Source: Eledone cirrhosa
Taxonomy: Eukaryota
Length of the DNA stretch: 64,000 nucleotides
Assembly: GCA_964016885.1 (NCBI GenBank)
Contig: OZ024740.1
Coordinates: forward strand, 192,944,001 to 193,008,000
Reading direction: 5' to 3'
Below, piece after piece: positions 23,524-35,339 of this stretch. Within the stretch, counting starts at the first letter, position 1; each line of letters starts with the position of its first letter. Made by a program: the position numbers and the translations under genes. Below the pieces are notes generated by a model. The model ran no database searches, was not told where the DNA came from, and was given only the letters and a program-made list of their open reading frames with translations.

Positions 23524-24289
23524 CGCTAGAGAGCTTAATTCGATTTGCGCAGTTTTTGCAATTATTGCATTTATTTTACACTTACTGAATTCATCTGCTA
23601 AAATCTGGGGTTTTCTCCCTTCAAGAGTTACACACGTGGTTTTACTACTACATACCACTGCGTGATTCTGCACGCTGGCGTAGAACAAAATACCTGTTGA
23701 CGAAGTGACAGCCTTGTTCGATCATTATAACAAAAGTTTATTATTTTAAGCAGGCAGTATAATTGATTTAGGTGTCGCAGAAACCCTGTACTGGATTATA
23801 CCATCTTTCCCAATGTCCGGGTACATATTTCAATTATTTTGTTTGACCTATTTAGCTTGCCTCGTCTTTTTGGCTTAGGTGCTTGATGGTTTCTTGACCG
23901 CCATCTCATTTTGCTTGGCCTTTATAACCTATGTTTATTGCTCTGGTCTTTATTTGGTCGATGGAGTGCTTGCCAGCATAACTCAGATATTGCGTTTCGT
24001 TGATTTTATACCTAATTGTGTTTGGTTGACGATATATTTAATTGATTTCCACGTGCTATTAGAAATGCTGGGTAAATATTCTATAGTTGTTGATCGCGAA
24101 TAGATAGCTGTAGTTTATTTATCTATTATTTCTTCATAGGTGCCTTTTAAACTTATAGCCTTGTTTAATTGTTTTTTTGTGTGGTTGATTATGTTGATTG
24201 GGAGAGGAGATGGTGTATATATTTTATCAAATGATTCTATGGACATACTTTATTGTATATATATATGAAGATATATATGTTGACATAAT

Positions 24290-25330
24290 TGATTTTCACC
24301 CCACGGCATCCAGGACCTAACTAGATAAGGCTCTTGATTTCGCTAGCAATTTCACCAACATAGACAAAATAGAGTGATTAGTCACATTACTCTGCCGGGA
24401 AACCTTCGTCTTTAATAATGGCGGCTCATGGATAAAGGAATCCACTAACAACGACCCATTTGATGTACCGATGTTATCTTTTGAAAGCATCGATATATGT
24501 GATTTGGTCGGTCTTTTTTCTTAAACACACTACGTAATAAATTCCCTGACTTCCATATGGTGATGACGTTCTGGCACTATCAAGCCTTAAAAGTGGTCAT
24601 GCCTTCGACATATTTCGAAAAACCTGGTCACTACCTTCAACAGCCTAGGCTTAAAAATTACTATATCCAGCAACCTCACCATTGTTAATTTCCTCCGTCG
24701 ACGTTAAATTAGAGTTACGGACACGCACATACAAACCATTTCACAAAACCAGTTAGAGATGTAGATACATTCATAGGGACTCTAACCACCTCCTATAATT
24801 TTAAAAATATTATCAATGACATTAGTAAGTGGGTATTCGACCTCATTTCTAGCAAAGTCATCTTTGATAGAACAGCACCCTACTACAACTCAGCAATACG
24901 AAACAGCGGTTTCTCCGAAAGAATCACTTACTCTCTCGACCAACGCCCTACATCTTGAAAAATAAATAGACATAACGACGTCATATGGTTTTCACCACCT
25001 TTCGCACTTAGTGTGAACCTAATATAGGTAGAAATTTCCTAGGCCTTCGAGATCTCCACTTCCCTGTTGGCCATAAATATTGACAGATGTTCAATCACCA
25101 TGAATTGAAAATGGGGTACTAGTGTACCAATAACATTAAATCCCACATCACCGGCAACGCAAATGTCCTCCACCGTAAGGACGCTCATACAGTAGACCAC
25201 ATATATACCCACTAGAATAAGGTGCAACACTCCAGCGGTGATATATCAAGCAGAAGTAAACTCCACCAACCAGAATCATGACACTGAAGCATTGACTCAT
25301 ATTCGAATGTCCGAGAGCCGGATCAAAAGA
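24290..25330 (+). mobile_element. Highly decayed Penelope-like fragment (similar to the 6444-9913 family)
   Basis: Recognisable remnants: gattttcacccc, FDVPM, ICDLVGL, IVNFL, PFHK, APYYNSAIRNSGF, IWFSPPF. Confidence 0.7.
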
Positions 25331-25901
25331 TTTCATCGGGAGTTGGGACAAAATTACGATGCATAAATAAATAAACAATAAAATATAGTGGCTATGGACA
25401 TTATCTAACTTATGTAAAATGCCAGAGCATGGAAAACATCCAGGATGGAGCTTGCGTGAGAGAGAGATAGAGAGAGAGAGAGAGGGAGAATAGGAGTCAG
25501 AGACAGGGAGCTAATATAATAGCATTTCTAATAAAAGAAATATAGTGAAAAGACAAACACTAGAAAATCGCATCATATATGTAAAGTCTGTAATGTAGCA
25601 ATATAGATGGGGAAACAGTGGTAGAGGCAGACAGGAGACAATTACTATCGTCGTATTAACGGTTAATATTTGGACATTCGTTTAAGCTGTTTATAAATAT
25701 ATTCAATAGTCACTGATAAATAAGCGTTTGATGTTTTTGTTTTAAATAACCTATATTTGTCTTGAGTCATATTGACAGATTAAATTTTTACATCTGAATT
25801 ACACTACATCAGCGCCACCAGTAGGTGATTTTGAATTTTTTAAATTTATAATTGAATATGTAAGTACGGTTAAATAGGGATCTTCCTATATATACAGTAC
25901 A

Positions 25902-25970
<69 letters not shown>

Positions 25971-26128
25971 AGGAGGTTATAGTTTACTTGAAGCATTGTG
26001 TAATGAGGTATAAACGTTTGAATATGTGTAATAAGGCCAAGACAATGCAGGTATGGACATAGAAAAAAGAATGCAATAGTGAAAGATATTGATGTGAATT
26101 CGTCTTTCACCTTGAATTTATTTAAATG

Positions 26129-26165
26129 TCCTTAATTTTCGAGATAATATCTCTTCTTCGGAGGA
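26129..26165 (-). ncRNA. Hammerhead-like motif (CCGAAGA core)
   Basis: Minus strand: tcct-CCGAAGA-agagatattatctc-GAAA-a-TTA-agga. Confidence 0.55.
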
Positions 26166-26566
26166 AAGTAAAGGTCTCAAACCAGCGTCTTTAAATCTCT
26201 AGCCAAGCCATGCTGACCGGAAATAGTATAGAGTATCTGTTCTAACTCTAATATCAAAGAATTAAAATTAGGTGGACAAAGAGTAGTCTCCCTTTAAGAG
26301 GGGTTTGTTTAGGTTTTTCTTTTTTTTAAAATGTTATATACGTGCCTGTATATGTGTGTGGGAGAATGCATGAAGGTGTATGTATGAGGGTGTGTGTGTG
26401 TGAGTGTGGGAAGATAGGTCTAATCGTAAAAGTGGGGGGTAGGTGTTATCTGGTGTTAGAACTGGTTTTGTGTGTGTATGTGTGAGAGAGAATAAGTGGA
26501 GGTGTAAGCGTGTGTGCGCGCGCGTGCGTGTGTGTGGGGTGTGTAAAAATGGGGCTACAGGCCCTA

Positions 26567-28123
26567 TCAGGTTATAAATTGGGTGTTGAGCTCTAGTCTA
26601 TTATTGATTGGTGGATGTGTTCTATCTATAATAAGTGCTTCCTTAATTCTAAGATTGCCGAGGTTTCTTTCCTTAGTTTCTATCCTAACTGTTCTGTTTT
26701 TATCGGTGTTTTTGCATTTAACTAGGTGTTTCTTAAATGAGAAAACGTTAGTATTGAGGTGTTCTTTTATTCTTATGTGGAGTGGTCTGGTGGTGCTACC
26801 TACGTAGAAGTTGTTGCATTTGTCACACTCTAGCCTGTATACTACGTAAGCCTGGTGGCATAGGTCTGTGTCGTTGATGGGGCAGTTGGCTAGTCTGCAG
26901 CAGTTGTCATGTCTGGTGGAGTGTCTCTTAGCCAGACGTCCGCGCAGAGAAGGACCCGAGGGGGCCAGTTGGATATCCCGTCCCTCTGGTCTGATGGCTC
27001 TGCGGATGGCTGTTGTTGTTTCTTCACTGAAGTGTGGGAGCTTCAGGAAGCAAGTGTTAGTGCCTCGGGTGTGGTGTCCTCTGTTCTTTCTGGCACGGTT
27101 TGTGGTGGATGTCGTGTATCCGTTCAGTTTGAGTACTTCCAGGAAATGTGTGGTGTGTGTGTCTCGGTCTCTGGCGTCGGTGCATTTGTTCTTGATACGT
27201 GCCAGTTCGTTCTTTATGTATCCGAACTTGGCACCGAGTGGGAGGGCCGATCTGAAATGTACGAACAGGTCCCTGCTGGCGGATTTTTTATAGAAGCAGG
27301 TGTGGATGTTGCCTTCCTCTGTTACCCTGAGTTGGAAGTCCAGTAGGGATAGGGATCCGCGGTCATCGGGGTGTTCCATGCTGAACTTTATACTGGCGTC
27401 CATGCTGGAGAATGTCGTGTATATTTTCTCTGCCTCCTCACGGGATGATGTAAGGATGAGTATGTCATCTACATATCGGGCGAAGATGGCATGGGAATGG
27501 CATGTGTTGAGGGCTCGGCATTCTAGCTGGTTCATGTAGGTGATGGCCAGCAGGCCCGAAAGGCTGGTTCCCATGGGTAATCCTGTTGTCTGTCTGTATG
27601 TGTGGTGGTGGAAGGTGAAGTACGTGTTGTCTACTGTGAAGGACAAAGGCTGGTGTATGACCGTCGGGTGGAGGCCGTAGCAGTGGATGTTCTCTGCGAC
27701 CACGCAGTCCGTCAATAAATCGACAGCTGGGTGAGCGGGGACTGTAGTGTAGAGGGAGACAACGTCGAGGCTAAAAGCGTATTTATTAAGTTTAAGTTGT
27801 TCTGGCTGGAGTTGGTGTAATCTACGTATAACTTCGTCGGAGCTACTGACATGTCCGGGGAAGGTGGAGAGTAGAGGCTTGAGGACCTGGGAGAGAAGCC
27901 AGGAAATTTTGTATAGGGGTCCTTCTATGCTAGAGACGATGGGTCTTATTTGCGTCTTACTGCTATTCTTGTGGGTCTTGATGAGGTGGTAGAAAGTGGG
28001 CAGTCTGCTATTTCTAGTGGTGTAGTTGAGTTTAATTTTATTCGGGAGTTGTCTTCTCCTACAGATATCGAACCAAATGGAATTGATCTGTTTTTCGATT
28101 TGTGCTGCGGTCATGTCCGACAC
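26567..28123 (-). CDS. PLE reverse transcriptase-GIY-YIG endonuclease (open 518-aa frame, N-terminally truncated)
   Basis: FYHLIKTHK, IRPIVS, SLDVVSLYTTVP, GLPMGTSLS, RYVDD, LSLLDF, VVYRLECDKCNNFYVGSTTRPLHIRIKEH, LRIKEALII. Confidence 0.9.
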   Translation of the reverse strand: MSDMTAAQIEKQINSIWFDICRRRQLPNKIKLNYTTRNSRLPTFYHLIKTHKNSSKTQIRPIVSSIEGPLYKISWLLSQVLKPLLSTFPGHVSSSDEVIRRLHQLQPEQLKLNKYAFSLDVVSLYTTVPAHPAVDLLTDCVVAENIHCYGLHPTVIHQPLSFTVDNTYFTFHHHTYRQTTGLPMGTSLSGLLAITYMNQLECRALNTCHSHAIFARYVDDILILTSSREEAEKIYTTFSSMDASIKFSMEHPDDRGSLSLLDFQLRVTEEGNIHTCFYKKSASRDLFVHFRSALPLGAKFGYIKNELARIKNKCTDARDRDTHTTHFLEVLKLNGYTTSTTNRARKNRGHHTRGTNTCFLKLPHFSEETTTAIRRAIRPEGRDIQLAPSGPSLRGRLAKRHSTRHDNCCRLANCPINDTDLCHQAYVVYRLECDKCNNFYVGSTTRPLHIRIKEHLNTNVFSFKKHLVKCKNTDKNRTVRIETKERNLGNLRIKEALIIDRTHPPINNRLELNTQFIT

Positions 28124-28824
28124 AGACCTATGCGACCAGGCTTACGTAGTATACAGACTAGAGTGTGACAAATGCAACAACTTCTACGTAGGTAGCACCA
28201 CCAGACCACTCCACATAAGAATAAAAGAACACCTCAATACTAACGCTTCCTCATTTAAGAAAGACCTAGTTAAATGCAAAAACACCGATAAAAACAGAAC
28301 AGTTAGGATAGAAACTAAGGAAAGAAACCTCGGCAATCTTAGAATTAAGGAAGCACTTATTATAGATAGAACACATCCACCAATCAATAATAGACTAGAG
28401 CTCAACACCCAATTTATAACCTGATAGGGCCTCTAGCCCCATTTTTACACACCCCACACACACGCACGCGCACACACACACGCTTACACCTCCACTTATT
28501 CTCTCTCACACATACACACACAAAGCCAGTTCTAACACCAGATAACACCTACCCCCCACTTTTACGATTAGACCTATCTTCCCACACTCACTCACACACA
28601 CCCACATACCTACACCTTCATGCATTCTCCCACACAAATATACAAGCACGTATATAAATTTAAAAAAAAAAAAAAACCTAAACAAACCCCTCTTAAAGGG
28701 AGACTACTCTTTGTCCACCTAATTTTAATTCTTTGATATTAGAGTTAGAACAGATACTCTATACTATTTCCGGTCAGCATGGCTTGGCTAGAGATTTAAA
28801 GACGCTGGTTTGAGACCTATACTT

Positions 28825-28861
28825 CCCTCCGAAGAAGAGATATTATCTCGAAAATTAAGGA
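28825..28861 (+). ncRNA. Hammerhead-like motif (CCGAAGA core), second arm
   Basis: ccct-CCGAAGA-agagatattatctc-GAAA-a-TTA-agga. Confidence 0.55.
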
Positions 28862-29386
28862 CATTTAAATAAATTCAAGTTGAAAGACGAATTCACATCA
28901 ATATCTTTCACTTTTGCATTCTTTTTTCTATGTCCATACCTGCATTGTCTTGGCCTTATTACACATATTCAAACGTGTATATATATATATATATATATGT
29001 AGAAGTTATATTTAATTTGTTGGGATACAAAAAGCAAATATTTATATAACTGATATAAAACACTCAACAAATTATTGGAGTAAAACTACAATATATTAAC
29101 AAATGGAAACTATATTTATAAAACCATATTTATTTGATTATATATATTTCAAGGACACCAAGGCAAATTATGGTGCACTTTCATGAGATAAAATATAATG
29201 GAGATCAGTTTTATAAATAAATATTGACATACACTGAGACCATTTCTGGTGGAAGCCCCCTCATAGTGGAGTTACTAATTTTATTATTGGTCTATTTTTC
29301 AAATTAGTGTCGGAGAGGTTTAAAACTCAGTACATTTAAATTAGGCCGTTGGAGTAGGGGAAAACCATTTGTTAATATATTGTATA

Positions 29387-29460
<74 letters not shown>

Positions 29461-32400
29461 CATTTTTAGTAGCAACAAAGGCACAAAAGAAGTGGACAAA
29501 TACAAATGGGGAGTTTACACAGGTATATGAAAATAAAACTATTAATAAAATAACAAATAACAATTGAAATCTTCAATAGGGGGGAGGCATTACACAGGTG
29601 TTGTATACACGCCGAAAAATGTACAACCCTCATCTCCAGGAGCACCAAGAGTGAGTACTCCGCTCCTCTCTTCCTCTTTTTCCTCAACTTACAGGCTTAT
29701 ATAGAGAGAAGGCCCAACCACTCAGACCATCTTTGCCACATTCCCCCACCTTTTATAAAATGTGCTGGGGTACAGGACCTCTCTCTCCATCCTGATTCTT
29801 CTTCCAAATTGATATTTGAAAAAAACGAATCAGTTGCTCGCCAGAGAGAAAGGTGTCCGACCTCGACCGTTTTAACCTCGTCCACCATATAACCTCTTTC
29901 ACTATAGCCATGACACCTAGGAAAACCGCCGCTCCTTCGTTTTTGAAGGTAGGTGGCGCTTTGATCATGACAATGGACTCGGTGGTCAACTGGATTGGTC
30001 CCACCCACGACGATAGTCTATCTACATAGCCCCACACGTCGGTAACGCCCGGGGAGTGTACAAGTGCGTGCGCCACGGTCTCCTCGTCGCGCATCATCTC
30101 GGACATCTTTTGCGAAGTTTCCCTGCCCGGGCGCCCATGTCTGTTGAGCTTGTCTCGAACTGGTAGAGCTCCTCGGTAGCACTGCCAGGCCAGGGACTTT
30201 TGGAAGTTGTCCATCGGTCCCGGGCGGAAGGTCCTACCGAACAGTCTGGCCAGTTCGTGCTCCTCTACGCCCAGAGTTTCTCCGAGCGCGTCGTCGCATT
30301 TGCTGGGGACCAACCCTGTATAGACTGTCTAAGTGGAGTCTCCACTGATCGCCGGGTCCGTTTGCCAGAGGACTGTGAGCGCCTGAGCACATTCGATGTG
30401 CCAGTCGCCCATTTTCCTCGGTCTTTTCTTGACCCAGGACTGCAGCTCGGCCAGCGAGACGAGTCGTGGGAATGCTCGCCTCACGACCGGGGCCCACACC
30501 GGTTGTCCGGTGAGGAATATGTGGAGGTCCCGCAGCCTGAGCGCGTGTTTGCGCATAGTCAGCCACCGCAACCCCAGCCCTCCGTTTGAAGGGTGTTGGC
30601 AGTAGATGGATCTTCTTACCAATGGAGCTCGTTTCTTCCAAAAGAATTGGAAGAGCACGCGCTCCATTTTGCTGAGCGTTTGGGCTGGACAAGGCACGAC
30701 GGTCAAGCGGTAGTAGATGACGGACGCTATAAAAGTGTTCGCCACCTCCGATCGACCTTTCAAGAATAGTTTGCACGCGGCTCACTTCTGGGTGAGCGCA
30801 AACATTTTGGTCGTCACCTCGTTCCAGTTCTTCTCCACCTGGAGGTCCGGTCCAAACCAGACCCAGAGCAGCTTTACCGGTCCTTCCGTCAAGCGTCCGA
30901 CGACACCATCGGAAGGCGTCGGTTTGCCTCCCCACGTTCTGAGTTGCAAACGGACGGATTTGTCCCGGTAGAGCTTCGCTCCCAGAAGCTTTCGTATTCC
31001 TCCAGTAAGGTGCCGACCTCCCCGATTTTCAAGGTGCTCAACACAATTAGTGCCACGTCGTCGGCGTAGGCCGACGCTGCTTCTCGCAGTCCCGGTTCCA
31101 AAGGGATACCCTGCAATAATTCGAACTTCCGCAGTAGTGCCTCGAGAGTCAGTACATACATAAGAGAGGAGAGAGGGCATCCCTGTCGGATGGATCGCGT
31201 GATATGGAACGGCTCCGAGAGGTAGCCGTTTACCTTGACCCTTGAGCAGATGTTGCTGCTATGCATTGCAGCAATCCAACTCCTGAACACGGGTCCGAAG
31301 CCTGCCGCCTCGAGCACCGCATCCAGGTAACGATGGTCAACCCTATCGAAAGCCTTACACTGATCCCAGTTGATCAGGGCCCCACCAAAGTCGGGTTCAC
31401 ACTCTACCATCTCTATGATGTATTGCTGGTCGGGTTTGCGCATGTCTGCGCTTCTCCCACCAGGTTTTCGACGACAAGCGCCAGCCTCTTTGCCAACACC
31501 TTGGCCAAAATCTGTAACTCTGTGTTTAGCAGAGTTATGGGCCGGAAGTTGCCTATGTCATCCCCCTTATTCTCGTCCTTCCTGACTAATGTGACTACGC
31601 CCTTGGTCGCCGAACTGGGAATTCTCCCGTTCTGCTGCCAGTTGCAGTAGACCGCTTCCAGGAGACTGCAGAACAAGTCCGGCATTGCTATGTAAAATTC
31701 GTAGGGTAGACTGTCGAGACCTGGAGATTTGCGTTTGCCGCATTGGCACAGCGTGTCCCCTATCTCAGCGGCCGAAATCAGCCTTTCGTAGAACTTCGCC
31801 TCGCTGTTCGTGAGTCGCGGTAGGCCGTCAAGGTATTGACCGAAATCCATAGCCTCTCCCGGCGCGCCACCCTGCCTGAACAGTTGAGCAACGTGCCGCT
31901 GAAAGGCCGCTCATATCTGCTTCGGCTCACGTATCTCGCGTCCGTCTTGGTCCTTCAAAGACCGAATCGTGGACTTCTTGCCACTTTTCGCCTCCGTCAC
32001 TCGGGCCCAGCTAACAGCTTTGGCTCCCTCGTTTCCCAGAGCACTTATTTTGCTTCTGACAACGCAGCCTTCATGCTTTACGTCGAATTACTGGTCCAAG
32101 GCCGTTTTCGTCGCTAGCACGCTGGCTTCGTTGACACCCCTAAGTGCCTCTTCTATTTAACTACCAGTTCCTTTTCGGTTTTAGTTCTATCTGACACTAA
32201 CTCTTAACTAAAACCTATAGAGTCAAATCTAACCGCCCTCTTGAGAGAGTACCACCATCTGTTGATGACACTGGCTCCCGTCAAGTGCTGCTTAACTAAA
32301 GTGCTAATCCGTCTACTGCAGGCTCTGCATGTCGGTAACGACAAGTTCAGCTTCCAGTGGTCGGGTCCTTGTCTATGGGTTTTGTCAAGGTTGACTAAGC

Positions 32401-35325
32401 ATGTCACTAATTTGTGATCTGAATAGGCAACCATGAACATTTGTGGACAGCTTAACATGTCCCTATCCTTCTTGCTAACTAGAATCCTATCTAGGTACGA
32501 TCTAGATGTTCCGCTGCGATCTAGATGTTCCACGTCCACAGTGGCACAGTGGGAAAATCTAGTCGATATCTATCGGCCAGTTCAAATAGGCCGATTAATT
32601 GTTTGAGCCTGTTACACCCCCCCCCTTATCGGGACATGCTCTCACATAGTCCCAACGTGCATCTAGGATGCCATTCCAGTCCCCCACTAACAGAAGGGAG
32701 CGGGACGTTCCCAAAAAAGTCTCTAGACGTTTGAAGAAGTCTGGCCGCGGTGTCCCGGATGGGGCATATGCGACCACCAGCTTGAAGGTTCCACCTTCAC
32801 TACCGTCAACGTCTGGGACCACCAGTCAACCCTCCTGGTCCAGATGCACCGTCTGTGATACGAGGCCCAGGTGTTTCCGCACCAAACCAGCAACCCCACC
32901 ACCACCTCCTTGCTGACAGAGAGATACGTAGATCACAAAATCGTCGAAGATGGGGCGAGTTGTCGCTTGCTGTGGATCCTGGACTCGCAAATGGCTAATA
33001 CATCCATACTGTGCGACCCGAGGACGTGTAAGAGTTTGCCCTGTTTCCAGGGCATCCCTAGACCGCGTACATTCACACATCCAACTCTTATATTGGCCAT
33101 GTTGGTGCTGAAAATTTAAAAGAAGAGGAAAAGAAATCACTCACCTCTTCGTCTCCTGGGGATGAGGCTGCACAATTTCCATGGGGGTGTTGGAGGGGTT
33201 GTTTGATAGGGTTGTAGTGGCGGGGTGGGGATGGAGATGTTTGGTGAGGAGGGGTGTCTTGTGGGATAGGGTGGGGGTGGGGAAACATTTTAACAGGACT
33301 CGATTGTAGGGTTTGACGCAGGGGTTACCTACGTCGTTAGGAAATGTTTCTTTTAACTGATTATGTGTGTCAATGGAGGTCATAATCTTTTAAAGATTAG
33401 GATTCTTCGAAGAGTGTGTAGAAGGTGGAGACCGAAGGGTTTTTATATATGGTGCCTGTTAAAGTTTTATTGTTAGTATTTATGTAGGTGTAACATTTTT
33501 GTTGTGTTGTGTTCCTTTTTGTCTGTGGTTCTTGTGTGTGTTTACGTTTTGTAGTTGGTGTTTTGTTTTCAGGAGGGGGTGTTTTTGTTTGTGCTGTTTG
33601 CGTCGCTTGTGTTGGTGTTTGTGTGTTTGTTGCATTTTTGTTTGTGTTATGTCTTTTCTTTTTTCCTTTTTACAGGTTGGAAAGGCTCTCCCTCATGGTC
33701 ACATGGTGACGATGATGAGGCCTCATCCGTTTTGGGGGGGAGGGGTACATTTTGGGGAGCTGTTATGTGTGTGGGTGTTTCTGTAGTTGTTTTAGGTGGG
33801 GAGGAGGACTGTGTTTGTCGTTTGTTTTGTTGTCACTATTTTTAAATGTTGTTGTTGTGGTGGTGGTGGTGATTGTTGTGCTGATGTTGCAGGTGTTGGC
33901 AGTAGTGCCTTTTTTGGCTCGTTAGCCGAGGACAGGAAGCTCTTAGGTGACCCCTGCTTAAGCAATGGTAACATGAGGGCCGCCTACCCTCGACCAAAAT
34001 GTTTATGTATATAAGCCCATCCAGCATCAAACGTTCCGGGATCCTAGCTATTCGTTCTAGTGTCATTTGGACCAGCACTTCCAGTCTAGTTCCGCTGAAC
34101 AGGTCCCCGGAGTACTTACCTACCGATATTATATAGTCTTTTTCGAGGTTTAAAATTCCACATAGTACCCACTAAATATCAATATTTGGTGTGATACTTT
34201 GGATTTTTATTTTATGTGTTCTTTTTCCCATGTAAGTGGGGAAAATGGTGAACAGCGGTGACCCAAATGGCGACACAGAATATTTCTGTGCCGTCAATTG
34301 GTCTTTCATTAGAATGGATAAACTCCCGTAGAGTCTTCCCTTCTGAACGAGAGCAATGTCTTTTAATTCATTTTTTAAAGCCAACTCAATTTCGCCTTGT
34401 GGAAGTTTAGTCGGTTTTCGGATTTTGTTTGAGACTGTCTGAAAATCACAGTTTTCAAGGCAGCTTCTCTTCGCAAATCTGGAGGAGAGTTTATGGAGAA
34501 TGATCCGTTCTCCCCAAAAGTTACATATTGTCTGGCGTTATTCAAAAGCTCATTTGCATTTGAAATGTCTACCGGAGTGTAGCTTACCGTTTTCTTTACG
34601 GTTTGCGCAAACGATATTTTGTCATTTACTTCCTTGTTGCAGTTATTGGTCTTGTTGTTATTATTGTTCTTGTTGTTGATGTTGTTTTCGTTTTTTCCGT
34701 TGTTGGTGTTGTTGTTGGTAGTGGTTGTGGTTTTGTTGCCGTTGTTGTTCTTCTTGTTCTCGTTGTCACTGTTGTTGTTGATGGCGTTGTTTTGGTTTCT
34801 GCCATTCACAGTTTTCGTGTTGGTGGTGCTGGTGTTGTTGTCAGGGTGTGTTTTAAACATATCGACGTGTTTCACTGAGGCGGTGCGAGCTGCCTGTTGG
34901 CTTGACACTTTTACCGTCCCTCCACCACCTCTGTCTAATTGTTGGAGACAGATTTGAAGATGTTGTTTTTGTTGCTGTTGTTGTTACTGTTGTTGGTGGT
35001 GGTGATAGCAGCAGGCAGGCAGCCTTCACCTGCTACTAGTACTCTGTAAGGTGAGATTAACAGCCCATATCCACAATTTTCTGATGTGTTTTTCGTGAAG
35101 ATGAGATCAAAGAATTTGGCCATTTTGGCTATATTCAAAATTTCAGTAGACATTTTGTGGGATTTCTCCGTTTTTCGCCTTGATGGGCTTAGTATTTGGG
35201 GTTGCTACCACCTACAGAGTGTAGGCTGGCAGCTTATCTACAGAATGTAGATTCAATTCATGCAATTTCCAATGAAATTAAAACCTTTCCTCACCAGCGC
35301 ATTTTCCACGTGTTAGACAGAATCC
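29461..35325 (-). mobile_element. Near full-length L1/Tx1-clade LINE (subfamily alpha), frameshifted
   Basis: ORF1 pieces ~33790-34908 have an Asn/Thr-rich N-terminus and a CYHCLSRGHLRASC zinc knuckle. ORF2 pieces ~33100-29697 have APE (VAYAP, VGDWN, YSDHK), RT (KSPGLD, NFRPITLLN, KAFDRV, QGCPLS, YADD) and a C-terminal zinc finger. (GATA)n lies at 29427-29459. Confidence 0.93.
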
Positions 35326-35339
35326 GAGATAGATAGATA

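Larger units (their letters stand above)
26009..28981 (-). mobile_element. Penelope-like element with ~865-bp inverted duplication of its 3' end
   Basis: 26009-26873 is the reverse complement of 28118-28981 and the arms are nearly identical. (TA)n lies at or near both ends. Confidence 0.93.

Noticed and set aside
23700-24260. Possible minus-strand PLE 3' remnant
   Set aside because: Too decayed to support by eye.
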